Shown: piece by piece, positions 13,575-25,964 of the stretch
Layout of the letters: each line of letters opens with the position of its first letter
How positions within the stretch are numbered: the stretch's first letter is position 1
NCBI GenBank assembly: GCA_977018835.1
Contig: OZ361259.1
Coordinates: forward strand, 1,736,001 to 1,800,000
Reading direction: 5' to 3'
Length of the DNA: 64,000 bases
Source of the DNA: Minutocellus sp. GHC0000111
Taxonomy: Eukaryota
Made by a program: the position numbers and the translations under genes
Notes under the pieces: model-generated
What the model was told of the DNA's origin: nothing
The model's database searches: none
What the model saw: only the letters and a program-made list of their open reading frames with translations

Positions 13575-14150
13575 GAATTCAAAATGACGGGTCGCATTTC
13601 GCGATGATGGGCAGTTGGATGATGCTTCGTCCAACAGTCGGCTAGGTTCTCGGACGGAGCCAGGGCGCCAGAAGACGTGGAAATGGCCCATCTTGATGCG
13701 ATCTTGGATCCAGCAGAGTCTCACGTCGTCAATGGCTCGAGAGATCTCTTTTGCTTTCCAATGTCACTAGCAATGTTGATGTTGGCTGCCAAATTGTCAG
13801 CAGTGACCGACCATCACAGTGGTAGGTTGGGGATGGCCCATCTCTTCTCCAAAATTGTTCGGGTGTGTTCGCCGTCTTGCCCATTGTGGAAGAGACCGCC
13901 TAACTCGGCTTCGAACAACGATGAAGCTGCTGCCAATTTGAGTAGCTTGCAATTCACACACGCACCGGTGCATTGGGACTCGGTGATGGACTTGGGACCG
14001 AGAGGAAAAAGAAACCAGCAAATCGACTGCGTGCTTTCGACTGACTCTGACATGCAAGATGCGTCGCTGTGGATGCACAGCATCATGTCGCTAGCAGCTT
14101 CGCAAGTTGCCTCGGCGTCTGGATTTGATGTGCAACAGTCCAACAGCTAT
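13575..14150 (-). mobile_element. Decayed Ty1/Copia (CoDi-like) retrotransposon fragment: end of RT and RNase H
   Basis: Across frameshifts it reads LDCCTSNPDAE..CE(A)ASDMMLCIHSDASCMSES/KARSRFAGFFFL...EAELGGLFHNGQDGEHTRTILE/EMGHPQPTT...DN...KQKRS/RAID..RLCWIQDRIKMGHFHVFWRPG/ENLADCWTKHHPTAHHREMRP. This matches the Copia RNase H motifs SDAS, EAE, DN and ADxxTK. Confidence 0.9.
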
Positions 14151-14423
14151 CTGAGACAACCACACGCGCGTCACACATCAGGACACCCTGTCGCATCGTT
14201 CGGCGGTGATTTTGTGAAGGAGACCACATGCGTGTTCCTTCCATCTCCCGCCATTCTCGTCTGTTCGTCGCTCTTCTCCCGCCTCGCTCTTTTAGAGGCC
14301 CGCCCACCAAGCGTCCCCGTTGAGCATTTAGCACACTGTGACGCCCTGTCCCGGACAATGTTTCCGATCTCCGCTTTTTTGTGTCTTTGGGCATCATCGA
14401 GCGACGGCGCGGCTGGCTGGCTC

Positions 14424-14518
14424 CGTGCCGTTGTGTCAGAAGCCTAAAAACGGTCCTCGTCATAGACATTTGGCAAGGGGGAGACCCCCGTGGTGGACAA
14501 AATCCTCCAAAACCCTCG
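14424..14518 (+). repeat. Dispersed degenerate repeat, copy 3
   Basis: cgtgccgttgtgtcagaagc is identical over 20 bp to 13068-13087, followed by aagggggagaccc and aaaaccctc blocks. Confidence 0.75.
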
Positions 14519-14641
14519 GCACAGCCTCTACTCTCTCTGCGATCAGACAGACATGGACTGAAATGAAGTCAAGGCGGACTGTTCCATTGGCGGGCTGGCG
14601 CCCGGCTCCTTGTCCAGCTACTGTGCTCGGGGAACGACGCA

Positions 14642-14752
14642 GACTCGACTCGACTGACTCGACTCGACTCTCAGACCTTCTCACGGCCGACTAGGCCTAC
14701 CAACTGGGACCACGTCCGCCAGTACCAGCGCCAGCGCCAGCGCCAGCGCCAG
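14642..14752. repeat. (GACTC)n and (CCAGCG)n microsatellites
   Basis: gactcgactcgactgactcgactcgactc; ccagcg x4 plus ccag. Confidence 0.9.
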
Positions 14753-14779
14753 TGCGCTCCCACGTCCCCTTTCACCTCC

Positions 14780-16966
14780 CGGCGCGGCTCACTCGGAGGA
14801 CAGCGAGGGTGGCACCCTCCGATGACACGCATCGGCGGCCTCCCTCCTCGGCCGGGCCCGTGACCCCCCCCCCCGTCCGGTCGGGTCCGCCCAGCTGCGC
14901 CGCGAGCCGGCCCGGTGGCATGGCTGTGCCATCGCAAGGCAAGATGTCTTATCTCCGCCGTTTGCGGGATGGGAATCCCAACCCAAGGGCATCGACCGCG
15001 CCCCGTCGGAGATCCGACGGTTGACCTACCGGACCATATTCGTCGCACCCTCTCCGGAGGGGATAGGAGGCGCAACTGCCCATCATTGCCGAGGCGGCCG
15101 AACGGTTCGGGATGAACACCGACGACTACGTGTGGTTCTTCGACGGGAGGATCGACATGGACTATCTGGTGAATTCCGGTGATGCCCAACGTTACCAAGC
15201 TCGTGAGGGGGTCGGGATTGGTCGTGCAGCTCGATGGGTTTGACTATTACCGTGGTAGTGGTGAGAGCAAGGACGAGGAGAACCGAGAAGGACACACGAC
15301 GAGGATGCCTTCCTATCGGCATGGAGAGGGGCGGGATCCAACCCCGCTGGAGATGGTGCGAAACCTGAACCCCATCGCCGAGGGTGAACCGGGCTACTAC
15401 GACGCGGCCGACGACGACTTCCAGACCACGAGACCGGAGCGGGGCATTTGGGTACGATGCCGTCGTGGCGGCGGGCGTTGGCGCCCGCAGGGCCGAGGCC
15501 GACGCGAAGTGGAAAGCTAAAGCTGGCGGAGGAGCCACCAGTAGTAGCAGTACGACAGGTGGTGATGACGCCGCGCCCCAGCCGCTGCTCCGGCGCCGAC
15601 TCCAAGGCGGCAAAGGTCCCAAGCCAGAGTCCCTCAGCGCTCACTTCGACGGCATCCTCCAAACCAAGTTCACCGGCGCAACGGGACGAGTGCAGTTCGG
15701 TGAAAAGCGAGGGAAGAGCCGGCTTCGGGAATCTGTAACGTACGGCCTCTACAATGTCCGTGATGAGTGTGACGATGAGACCCCCGGCGAATGTTCCCTG
15801 GGGTATTCCCTCACGGATATTGTACAAGGCAGCCCTATCTATGGAGAGGGCACATGGAAGACAATGCCAGGCGGTCCCTTTATTTTCAAGGACGGATCGG
15901 CCGATCCACCCATCCTTCTTCGGGCTGTGCCCGATCAGAACTACCTTTCTCGGAGCGTTCACATCGTTGGCCTGACGTTCTTCACTCTTGCCTTGGCCCT
16001 GATCATCGCTGCGGCCCTCTTCGTCTTCTTGTGCCGAAAGAGGAGCGAAATTGTTGCATCCCAACCCACCTTCCTGTATCTGATCATCCTTGGCGCTGCA
16101 GTTATGGTCATGTCCATCTTCACGCAATCCTTCGACGAGAGCTTTGGCTGGTCTCAGGCCATGCTCGACAGTGCGTGCATGGCAACTCCGTGGCTCCTAA
16201 CACTCGGGTACATGGTCTTGTACCTCTCGATATTTAGCAAGCTCTACAGAATCAACAAGGTACTCCAATTTCGCCGACGGAAGGTATCGACGAGGGCGGT
16301 CGCTGGTCCGTTCGTTCTTCTATTTTTTGCCTCAATTACCATCCTTTCCGTCTGGTCGGCCGTGGACCCGTATCTATGGGTCCGAAGAGAAGTGAATGCG
16401 GTCACTGGTGAAACATATGGCTCTTGCTCTAGCAGCAATGCTAGAGGTGCTGTTGGAGTGCCTCTGGAATATGGTATCCCGCTGGTCGTTATTGCGGTAA
16501 TTTCCGCAATTCAATTCTCACATTCGCCATGGCATGGAAGACAAAAGACATCGATGAAAAGTTTTCCGAAAGCAATTGGATATTTTATGCGTTGTTCTTA
16601 CAATGCGAACTCATGCTCGTGGCAATCCCCATCCTTTTGCTCCTCGGCGAAGCCTCTGCGGATGCATCATATCTCGGTAAAGTGCTTGTCATATGGTCCA
16701 TCCCTGTCTCTACAATGCTTTTATTGATTGGACCGAAAGCGGCAAAAATGTTCGTACCAGAGCGTCAAAAACGGATGCATCGGGGCTTGTCTCAGGGAAT
16801 ATCGGTTTCAGGAGTGGACCCATTTGTGTCAAGAAGCATTACACCAGTCAGCGACCATTCACATCATTCGAGTGGTTCAAGGCCTGCTGGCCGAGACAGT
16901 GCCGGAAGGAATTCGGACACGTCTCATGGGGGTCGCAGCTCTGACAATGGGAACTATCGACAATGA
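14780..16966 (+). pseudogene. Class C (GABA-B-like, periplasmic-binding domain plus 7tm_3) GPCR, disrupted
   Basis: YDAVVAAGVG, FTGATGRVQF, IVASQPTFLYLIILG, DSACMATPWLLTLGY, FSKLYRINKV, WVRREVN, MAWKTKDIDEKFSESNWIF and LLIGPK are typical of diatom 7tm_3 proteins. Frameshifts at ~15185, ~15445 and 16507-16516 (caatt duplicated). The 5' end is progressively decayed and its boundary is approximate. Confidence 0.85.
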
Positions 16967-18455
16967 GATGATGGACTGAGCAACGCTGATCAGAATGCAC
17001 GTGGGTCCACCACCTCCTCGCACCGCATGAGTGGAACAACAAGCAGCACCGATCCTGACGATGGAGGCCAAGATGGGGAGAGTGATTCTCCCTTCCCTGA
17101 CCGACGGCCTTCGTCGCCGAGTGAGTCGTCAAGGCGGCAAAGATCTTCGACCAGCGCTCGAGTGAGCTTTGAAATACCAACCTAGCTGGGATGACGGCAT
17201 AACTGTTATGTAGATCTTCTACCATGGTATGCCGTAATATAAATGCACTCACTAGTAGATCCCTAGATCTACTTGCAAGAATCTTAGCTACGTAGGTCTC
17301 TACTGGTAATGTTGAAGAAGCAAAATCTCCATGTCTTTCCGTTATGAATGGGCACAAATGCGAAGAGTGACTGCTACTTCTTACCATCTCTGTATATACA
17401 TGGGGCAACGCCTCGATGCGCCTTTTCGTAGTTTAGTTGCCAGTAATGTTGAGTCGATGCCAGAGAATCTGTTCTGTATGTATTACATGGCTTGGCTATA
17501 CTGACCTTTGCGGTTCGTGGCCATTTTGATTTCTTCGTGGGCGTACGGGTGGGACAATCACAAACACGAACGTACTCAAGTATAAGACAACTACATGTAT
17601 GCGCCGGCTCTTTTATTTCATGTAGAGCTTTGTGCCATGCAATACGGAAAAGAAATAACTATCATTATAACAGTCAGAAGGGGATGCAAAGAAAAGAGTT
17701 GCATGTGGCAAAGTGGCAAATATACCAGCACCACGAAGGAGTGATCTCGGACCTTCCACATGAAACCTGTCCGAACAGAACGGCAGGTCGGAGAAATCCA
17801 TTTGCCAAGAGAGAAAGTCCTCGTTCAGTATTATCATCGTCGAATGATCTGATTTGACAGCGTCTGGCGGCAGGCACACAAGTTGGCAAGCGAAAGGGTG
17901 TGCGTGTGCAGGGCAGCAGATAATTCCGCAAGCAAGATATACATGTAATGGAAGCGACCCTTTTGATCGAATGCAGCATATAAATACTGCCTATACCAAT
18001 AGAGAAGAGCAATCACTCCTTTTACTATTCTTCTCAAAAGCGCAGTGGGCATCGCAAGTCGGTGGTGTTGTAACAGGGGCGTGCCGAGAGAGGTCATGCT
18101 ACTTTGAACGAAGGAGAGAAAAGATACTCCCAAGTTGAGGAAAAAAGGCCGATGCTGGCCGCCTCACATGCATTGTCACCGGAAGATTGGTCGGAACAAA
18201 GCATGGATTGTTCGTCACGCGCCCAAACGATTGCATATGTCCACACCTACCACGCAGACCATCGGCACAAATATCGAAGGTTGGCTTCTGCGTTTGTGTT
18301 GGATGCGGCCCAAAAGGTCGGAGATGGCGGTCACAACGAAGAGAGAAAAAGTCGTTGCCAGCCAGAAATATTTTGGCGTACCAATGAATTGCTCGTCATG
18401 ATAAGACCCTATGCAGCTTCGTTATTGGAACTACAAATGATACTATGGAGAAGAA

Positions 18456-20216
18456 TCAATCATCAGCCATGGCCTCCCTCTCTAGTCGCTCTTTCTCGTC
18501 CACAAATGCATTCCTCGTCTGCCGGAGTCTTCTAGAAAGCTGGTTCTTCCTCTGCTGCAGACTAACTCCGTCGGAGTCGATGACATTGTTGGGGTTGGTC
18601 CCCTTCTCGGCCTCTGGAAACTCGAAGCCCCCCGCCTTGAGTGCATCGTATGAGGACAAGTTGGGAGTCCTGATCTTGGCCTTCACAGTTTCGCTCATCC
18701 TTTCGTCGGTTCGAGGCCCTCGCATCTTATCGACAAGAGCAAGTGCCAGGGCAATGGAGCGTTCGTTGTCGTCATCTTCCGCAGTGGATGGAGACGAGGG
18801 GCTCGATCTATTTGCAGGACTTGCGGTGGTACCGCTAATGACGCCGGTTGTAGAGTCCGGCGTGGTTGACACCTCCGAGGTCCTTGCGGAGGGCTGGCTA
18901 GTAGACTTATCGAGCTGCTGCTCCCTAGCTGGGCGCTCCGGCTCCCTCGTATACTCCAAGGCCAGCCGACGGTGCACCCAGGCCTGCGCATCGGCCTCAC
19001 CTCCGTCCCTGCCGGCGGCGGTGTCTGCCCGAAGCATGGACCGTCCCACCCCATACCCATCGAGGGAGGAGAGGACCTCCTTCTCCGACCCTCCATGGAC
19101 CACGGTGCGCTGCCGAAGGTGCCTCCCGGCGACGCGCTTGCGCAGTGGTATGCCAATGCTTTGCGACACCTCGTTGGGGTAGATGAGATGAATGGATCGA
19201 AGGTGCAACGGGAATACCTCGGCCATGATGGTATGTTGCCGACGGAGAAGTCCAGGGTCGAAGTGTCCGATGGTCGCCCCGCCGTAATCCGAGATTGTAA
19301 CGACGCCTCTGGCCAATGCATCTCGATTCTCGCAAAGGCATTCGAATATGTACCACAGATGCTTCATCTGCAGAAGTGGACGAGATTAATAAATGGTTGT
19401 GGAAATGGGGCAAGGGATGAGCGATATCCATGATCGAATTCTACATTGTAATGGTCATACCATATACTTCACACCTTCGATTGCACAACTTACCTCGCTC
19501 TTGATGCTGAGAGTTTCTCGGACCGCCTTGGAAACGTCGCTGAGGAGGACGGCCCGTCCCCCTCGGTCGACCTCCGGCAATATCCGGTGGACCCTGTGGG
19601 CCATTACGGACGCCACCTCGTCCCTCATGGCCCCGTGCAGCGTCATGGGGAGGTAGCACAGGTCGTCGCCGAAGACGTTCCGTCGCTCCTCCCAGTACCG
19701 GACCAACCTCCTGGCCGCGAGGCGGGGGCAGTCCACGTCCCCACCGGAGGCTGTAGCTGCGGTGATGTTCTCCATCCGTCGCAGCATGCCCAAACGACGG
19801 GACCGGTCGTTCAATGCCAACTCTGGACACTTGGCCACGGCCTCGACGTACGCGGACTTGTCGGTGGGGGGTATGCAGGCCAGATCCTGCTCGAGCCGTT
19901 GCAGCCAGACAGCCTCGGTCGATGCCTCGATGGCGCTGACGACGTTGAGCTCCTGCACCGCCCGGGCCAGCGCCGGACCGGCCACCTCGGCCGTCAGCTC
20001 GCCCCGGTCCTGCAGGTTGAGGATGGCCTGGTGGGCCGAGACGCCCCGGAGGTCCCGCTCGGCCTCGATGGCCTCGGCCGGAGTTCGGGTCGACAATTCC
20101 CGGACCTCGTCGGCGGGGGTGACCATGAGGAGCGGACCACCGGCGCCGGTGGCGTCGTAGCCGTAGTCGAGGTCAAGGTCCGGGGCGTCGAGGCATTGGA
20201 AGGGGGGCGAGTTCAT
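18456..20216 (-). CDS. CRAL-TRIO/Sec14-like protein with C-terminal conserved basic helical domain (paralog A, intact); exons 20216-19494 and 19367-18456
   Basis: KSAYVEAVAKCPEL, AARRLVRYWEERRNVFG, DRGGRAVL and FPLHLRSIHLIYP match CRAL-TRIO N-cap and lipid-binding motifs. Phase-0 GTAAGT...TGCAG intron. C-terminus DERMSETVKAKIRTPNLSSYDALKAGGFEFP...DSDGVSLQQRKNQLSRRLR. Confidence 0.85.
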
Positions 20217-21910
20217 TGAACGAACTTTAGTGCTTGCTCTTTTCAATCGCCAAGGCGACAGATGTGATGCGATGGACGCTTGGTAGGGAGGCTAATTAGA
20301 GAGACCTTCTGGGAGCACCGCGCAGAGAACCAGTATCAACAAGGATGTGAATTAGACAAAAGCCGAAATGCTTACAAGATGGGGGAGGCAATATGATTGG
20401 CATTGGACGAAATGCGGCGTTGAACACGAGAAGGACGTTCGTCAAGACATTGAATTACCGTTTTTGGAATCTTCGGAAAGTGCCGGCACAAAGGGTTCTT
20501 CGCACACACAGCACAGAAGATACTCACCCTCGTATATGGAACTACTGCTCGTTGGTTGGTTTGATTCGATGAATGGATCGTCGGTTGAGTACGTTGACTT
20601 GGGTTTGTTTGTTGTTTGTGGCAGTGGTTGGGCTCGTTATGTTATGCGCACAATTATTTGCACTGTGTCAAGCATGCCATGTTCCTGCGGCCTGCTTATC
20701 AATCCGCCGCGTGGAGCAAATTTTCGCGTCCAAGGGTGTTTCAGCACAAAAACCCATTTGCCCCGTACAGCGTGACGACTGGGCCGCAGAAATTCCGAGA
20801 CTTTCCGACTAGGTGGACCGTGCCATGACGTCAAAAAATCGGAAATCGGAGAAAGACAGCGCTGCAGCTTCAACTTTGGATTTCCGTGAGGTCAGAATCC
20901 GCGGAAAAGCAGCTGGTAAGCCATATGTTCGACCCCGCCTGTGACCCCAGATCGTGCCACGCCTGACACACTGCAAAAGAAAATGCGGACGCAAAGTTCA
21001 ACCTGCCCTCACCCCCGATCGACCTGGCTTCTCTAAATCGTTCGAGGTGATTGATCGGCGTCTACTGAATGAAAAGCGTGATGTCGCATGGCAAGAGGTA
21101 GTAGGCGCAGGCCAGCCCAGCCTGGGTCTTGAATCCTTGGGGGTCAGATTCGCCAGCCGACTTGGCACCCCTGGACAACAGGCCTCGATGCGAAACGTGG
21201 CAAATCCTCTTCCAGTTACCACTTACTACTTTGGCAATTGACGCTATGCATGCATGTGGCGGGCCAGCCAATCATTCGACAATAATACAAGCGTGCGTGG
21301 CGCCGCCTTATTGCGCGCATCTTTCGGCCGCGTGGATCCATGTAGAACGACAGTACATGTACCGAACGAATGAAGAAGACGCAAACATTCTCAGCACATG
21401 CGCTGCACGTCATGCATTGAATTGGCACTAGAAGTGCCTCCTGCGATCGAAATCACATCAATGCCAACACGCATGGAAAAAATTATAAAAGGAAAGTCGT
21501 TTCCAATAGATTGGAATACTTCATGTTATATTAAATATTCGATGAGGCAATAGGAGGGTAGGCCAAGTTTCGTGCGCAGCTGCTCCTACATGTAATGTTT
21601 ACATGGCCACTCTAGCAAGTACCATGGTACCAGAATACTACGTACCGTAGTAGCTTTGGATCTAAAGGAGAAGATCGCTGTGAATACAAGAGAAATCCGC
21701 TCGCCTATATCCTAGCTGATGAATGTGACTAGGCGTGGGCTGGCCTCGTCTGCTGGCTGTTGATATAAAAATTAAAATAACAAAATATACAGACAAGGGA
21801 ACAGTTATGTATGCATCGACATCATAGCTGAAAGAATACAAATAATGACCTTAGAATGAAATGAAAATAAAAAATAGCTATCTATCCATTGTATAAAATG
21901 TCCCAAGATA

Positions 21911-23821
21911 TTAATGATATGCTCCCTCGCTCCCTCCTTTCAATGCTACCGTATCTCGCACATGTCGCAATCGTCGTGAGAGCTGATTTTTCCTCTGGTG
22001 GAGACTCACGTTATCGCTATCGAAGACATCAGCCGCTTTGGTCCCTTTCTTGTACTTTGGAAAGACAAAACCTCCCGCAACAAGAGCATCGAAGGGCGAC
22101 ATACTTGGGTTCTGAATCTTGGCCTTGATAGCTCGGCTCATCCGTTCATCTCCGGCCTTCCCCGAGCGATTTCTGGACTCATCAATGAGCTCAAGTGCAA
22201 GGGCTAAGTCCCCTTCCCCGGTGCCAACCGAATCTGCCCCACTTCGACCCCCAGCTGATGATACTGTACTTGACCGTCTTAGATACCCTTGGTACGGAGA
22301 AGCTCCGACCATGCCACCGGTCGTCATGAAAGAGGCGGTGCTAGCAACGCCAGATCCAAAAGTTGTGGTAGTAAGACCGCTGATTCGCCCTGAAAGATCG
22401 GGGACAAACTGTTCGCCAAGGCTATATGCCTCGGCATACTCTTGGGCAAGTCGATGGTGTATCCAGTCCTTACGATTCGGCTGGGGCTCTTCAAGCGCTT
22501 CTTTCATCAACGACTGGGGAAGGCCATACTCTTCCAAAGACCCCAGGACATCCTCGTCGTCTTCGCCCTGATGAACGACGAGTCTCTGTCGGTGCTTCTT
22601 GCCTATGTCAAGCTTGATGATGGGAAGGACCTCTCGAAGAGTGAAGTCGCCGGGTCGGACGATGTGGATCGCGCGAAGTTGAATAGGGAATGCCTCGAGC
22701 ATCAACAGGGCTTGGTTGATAACTGCTAGGGGGTGGAAGCTGGCATCGGCGACGCCCTGGCAGTTCATGATGAAGACAGCTCCCTCCTTCTGGGTCTGAG
22801 GTGAGCGATAGATAGTTGCATAAGCACTCCAGCATATACCATAGATGTGAATTCATTTGGATGTTCAATAGTAAGAAGAAAAGGAAACATGGTTAGGTGC
22901 ATCGAAGCTTGTTTGCAATGCATGCGACTGAGGGTACGCCCCTCGCCTCCTTACCTCCAGCTTATCACTTTCTGGGGCACTGATACTCTCATTATCATTG
23001 GATCCCGATGATGATATATCAAAAACCAGAATGCTCCTCCCGGCATTGTCCTTGTGATGGAGCATTTGATGCGTAGTTTGCTTCAACATGACTGCAACGT
23101 GATCCTCCATGGTGCCATGGAGGGCCATGGGTAGGTAGCATCTATCTTCCCCAAAGGTACGGCGGCGCTCCTCCCAATACTCGACGATCCGCTTGGCGGC
23201 CACCCTCGGATCATCGCCACAGTATTTCAGCATGGCCATAAACCGCGAATGGCCGGAGGGGTGAGTGATCAAGGCGTCGGGGCATTGGCGTTCATTTGCT
23301 TGGAGATAGGGTGACTTCTCTCCATCCGGTATCGACCGCCGAAGTTCTCGGTCAAGCTGACGAAGGAGGCTGTCGGAAGAGATCCCCTCTTCGTCGTTTC
23401 CGTCCAGCACGGCATGTCTTCTCCTTCGACGGGCAACCTTGGCGACAGCCTCGTCGATTGATGTATCTAGCTGTAGCCGTGACTGGACCATAGTGCCATC
23501 CCTGGATAGAGAACGATTGGGCTCTCTGGCCGCCCCCTTGGTCGCGAAAATGCGTGATGCGGCATCCTCTGGCGAAATACCTCGGAGGTCACATTCTATT
23601 TCAATTCGTTCGCACGGAGACAAGGTCGCCACCTCCACGGCCTCGTCTTCGGCGGTGAAGCCAGGTCCACGAGAATTGGCAGATGCAGTCGACGGCGTAG
23701 TTGAAGTTGCTGATGCCGACGGCATAGATCGGTAGACACCGCGTCGGTCGGCTCGGGAGCCATCGGCAGTTGAGGATGTACCAGCGGACGAGCCGGCGGC
23801 ATCATCGGAAGACGATAACAT
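21911..23821 (-). CDS. CRAL-TRIO-like plus C-terminal domain, paralog B; intact only if a cryptic acceptor at 22796-22797 is used
   Basis: AAKRIVEYWEERRRTFGEDRCYLPM, KDNAGRSIL, FPIQLRAIHIV, DERMSRAIKAKIQNP...RKNQLSRRLR. Donor at 22954. A 4-bp duplication at 22808-22815 frameshifts the ancestral start of exon 2. Confidence 0.75.
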
Positions 23822-25964
23822 TCATTTATTACCGGTGGGATGCGGACGTACAAGACTCAAAGTATCGCCTGAAAATCTGAAAGTATGGAGGAATGAATTG
23901 GGAGTGAGGACCGAGTGGAAGTATCAGCAAAAGGGAGGGCTTGGCACATGAAAAATCAAGAGAGGCACAGAGCTATTTTCGCAATTGTCTCGAGTACATG
24001 CAAGGGGAGGCAGTGGCCGTTTGCGGTAATTCGGAAATTGAAAGTTGCACCTTCCTCATTAGATCACCATGGTTGAACGCTTTACCCAGGAACGCTAGCC
24101 GTCGAGGATGGCCGGCGGGAAAACCGGGAAACGGTACGAGGATCGAGGGCAAACGAATTTAATCCATACCCCGTACGTCGCTGGCACAAAATGACACAAC
24201 AAATGTCGGTGAGGCATTGCCCCGAACTTGAAAATTGCTCTCCTCAATCAAGCAAATCATCTCTCGCCTCATTCACTCCTTCGAATAAGGCCGGCACTGC
24301 CCGATGGCAACATTCCAACGGCCGACTGCTTTTACCGCAAAATCGACGGAGATGTTCGAAATGGCTCGAATTCAATGTGAAGCGCCACGAGATATAACAG
24401 GTAAATGAACAAGGAAGAGAGATACGTACCGAAAGAAATGTGAGGAAGGAAAGGCTGGAATCAATTATTGCGCACAGAGAATCGGCAATGATGGTGGCAA
24501 TTCGAGCATAACAGCTTGCTTTATGCAAATTGTTGTTTCTTTTTCAGCCTCGGCGCAGCCCACAGGGGGCAGCAAAAAAGAAGCACGGCCTGGTTTGCAT
24601 CGAAATCTAAACTATTGAAAAAGAAATTAGTTTTTGCACACAAAGAATCTGTTGTGATTTTCTTATTATTCAGCTTATGTATTTCCGAAATTCCGGAAAT
24701 CGTTGATAAGGATTCAGATTTCAAGAGGCCTTGTTGCACTATCGTCAACTCAAGCCGCAACAACTGAAAAACGCTTGCGCCCGTGAGTCAGAGCTGTCAC
24801 ATACATGACACTTTGAAATCCGTGTGGGACCCCCAGCTGGAACGAGGCATATGGCCGAGTCAGTGTAAGATGCGCGACGATCTATCGGCTTGGCCAACGC
24901 GTTGGCGGAAGATACCAGCTGGCAGAAGCTTCAACAACAAAGTGCATGTTCGAGGCAGGGAGAGGCGTGAAGCGCTCACGATCGACGCCCGCTTGGTCTC
25001 CCTTTGCTTCACTCTCCTCAACATTTGCAGCATGGCCTTGATCCGTCAGTTGTCGACGACGCCATCCTCTCAAACCCCGGCCGTCGATTGCAGAGACTGG
25101 TTGAGGTGATGCTCAGCGCCGATATCCATGAGTCCCCCCCCTTCTAAAGTCTTTATTTCTTGCGCCTACTTCTGATTGGAGACACAACCAAAAGCCTGCA
25201 ACGACACCCGAATGTTGAATGTTGACAGCTACCGGGAAGCTATGGAACTATCTATTCAAAGCTCGACCCCCCAAACGACTATGGATGAGGCTTGGCAAGT
25301 CAAATCGAGGCGAGAGACCAAGAGACCGATGCAGCATCGGTTTGATATATCTGCTCAAGGAAATCTAGCTTCGCTCTCTGATATTCGCGTCTTGCCATCG
25401 GTCCTACGCTACATTTATTTGTACTTCGCCGAAGATATGAGTGATGCTCTTTGTTGGTTACTTACATGGTCGCTGTATTGATTTTTGCCTGGGTCATTCG
25501 TAGGGGCTTGCTACCATGGTATCTAACATTGCGTCATGGGTCGATCAATGCGGGTGTGAATTTGCTCGTTCACACTAACATTTGGCTCATTCTGGCAGTT
25601 AGATCAGCCCGAAGACATGAAAATAATGATTAGCTCTCTACATTTACTTTTCGGGCCGTTTATGTCGATGAAAGGGTAAAAATCTACTTGATACAAAGGC
25701 GTCAAATCATGGAATTTTATTGGAGCCATCGAAAAGGCGGGGTGGGGTACTGTATCCTTTCTTATTGGGCTTCTTGCAGAATTATTGTTCCAGGAGATGC
25801 GTACATTGGCCATCCTTTCCGCATATTCTAAATTTTAAGAAAATAAAGAAATGTGCGCTGCCGACCGTAAGTCTGTGCACTGATAAATGCACTCTACCTA
25901 GAGTATAATGCCTCTCTCATGTGCACTCAATCAATGTACAAATTTTAATCCCCAACGGTACTAG

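Noticed and set aside
13677..14447. 256-aa plus-strand ORF
   Set aside because: Lies opposite the Copia RNase H relic; probably open only because TpA loss removed TAA/TAG codons.
17000..18440. Short ORFs downstream of the GPCR
   Set aside because: No motifs or consistent frame.
24190..25910. Genes in the spacer between paralogs B and C
   Set aside because: Only short stop-riddled ORFs. The sequence may be decayed gene or transposon debris, but no family could be recognised.
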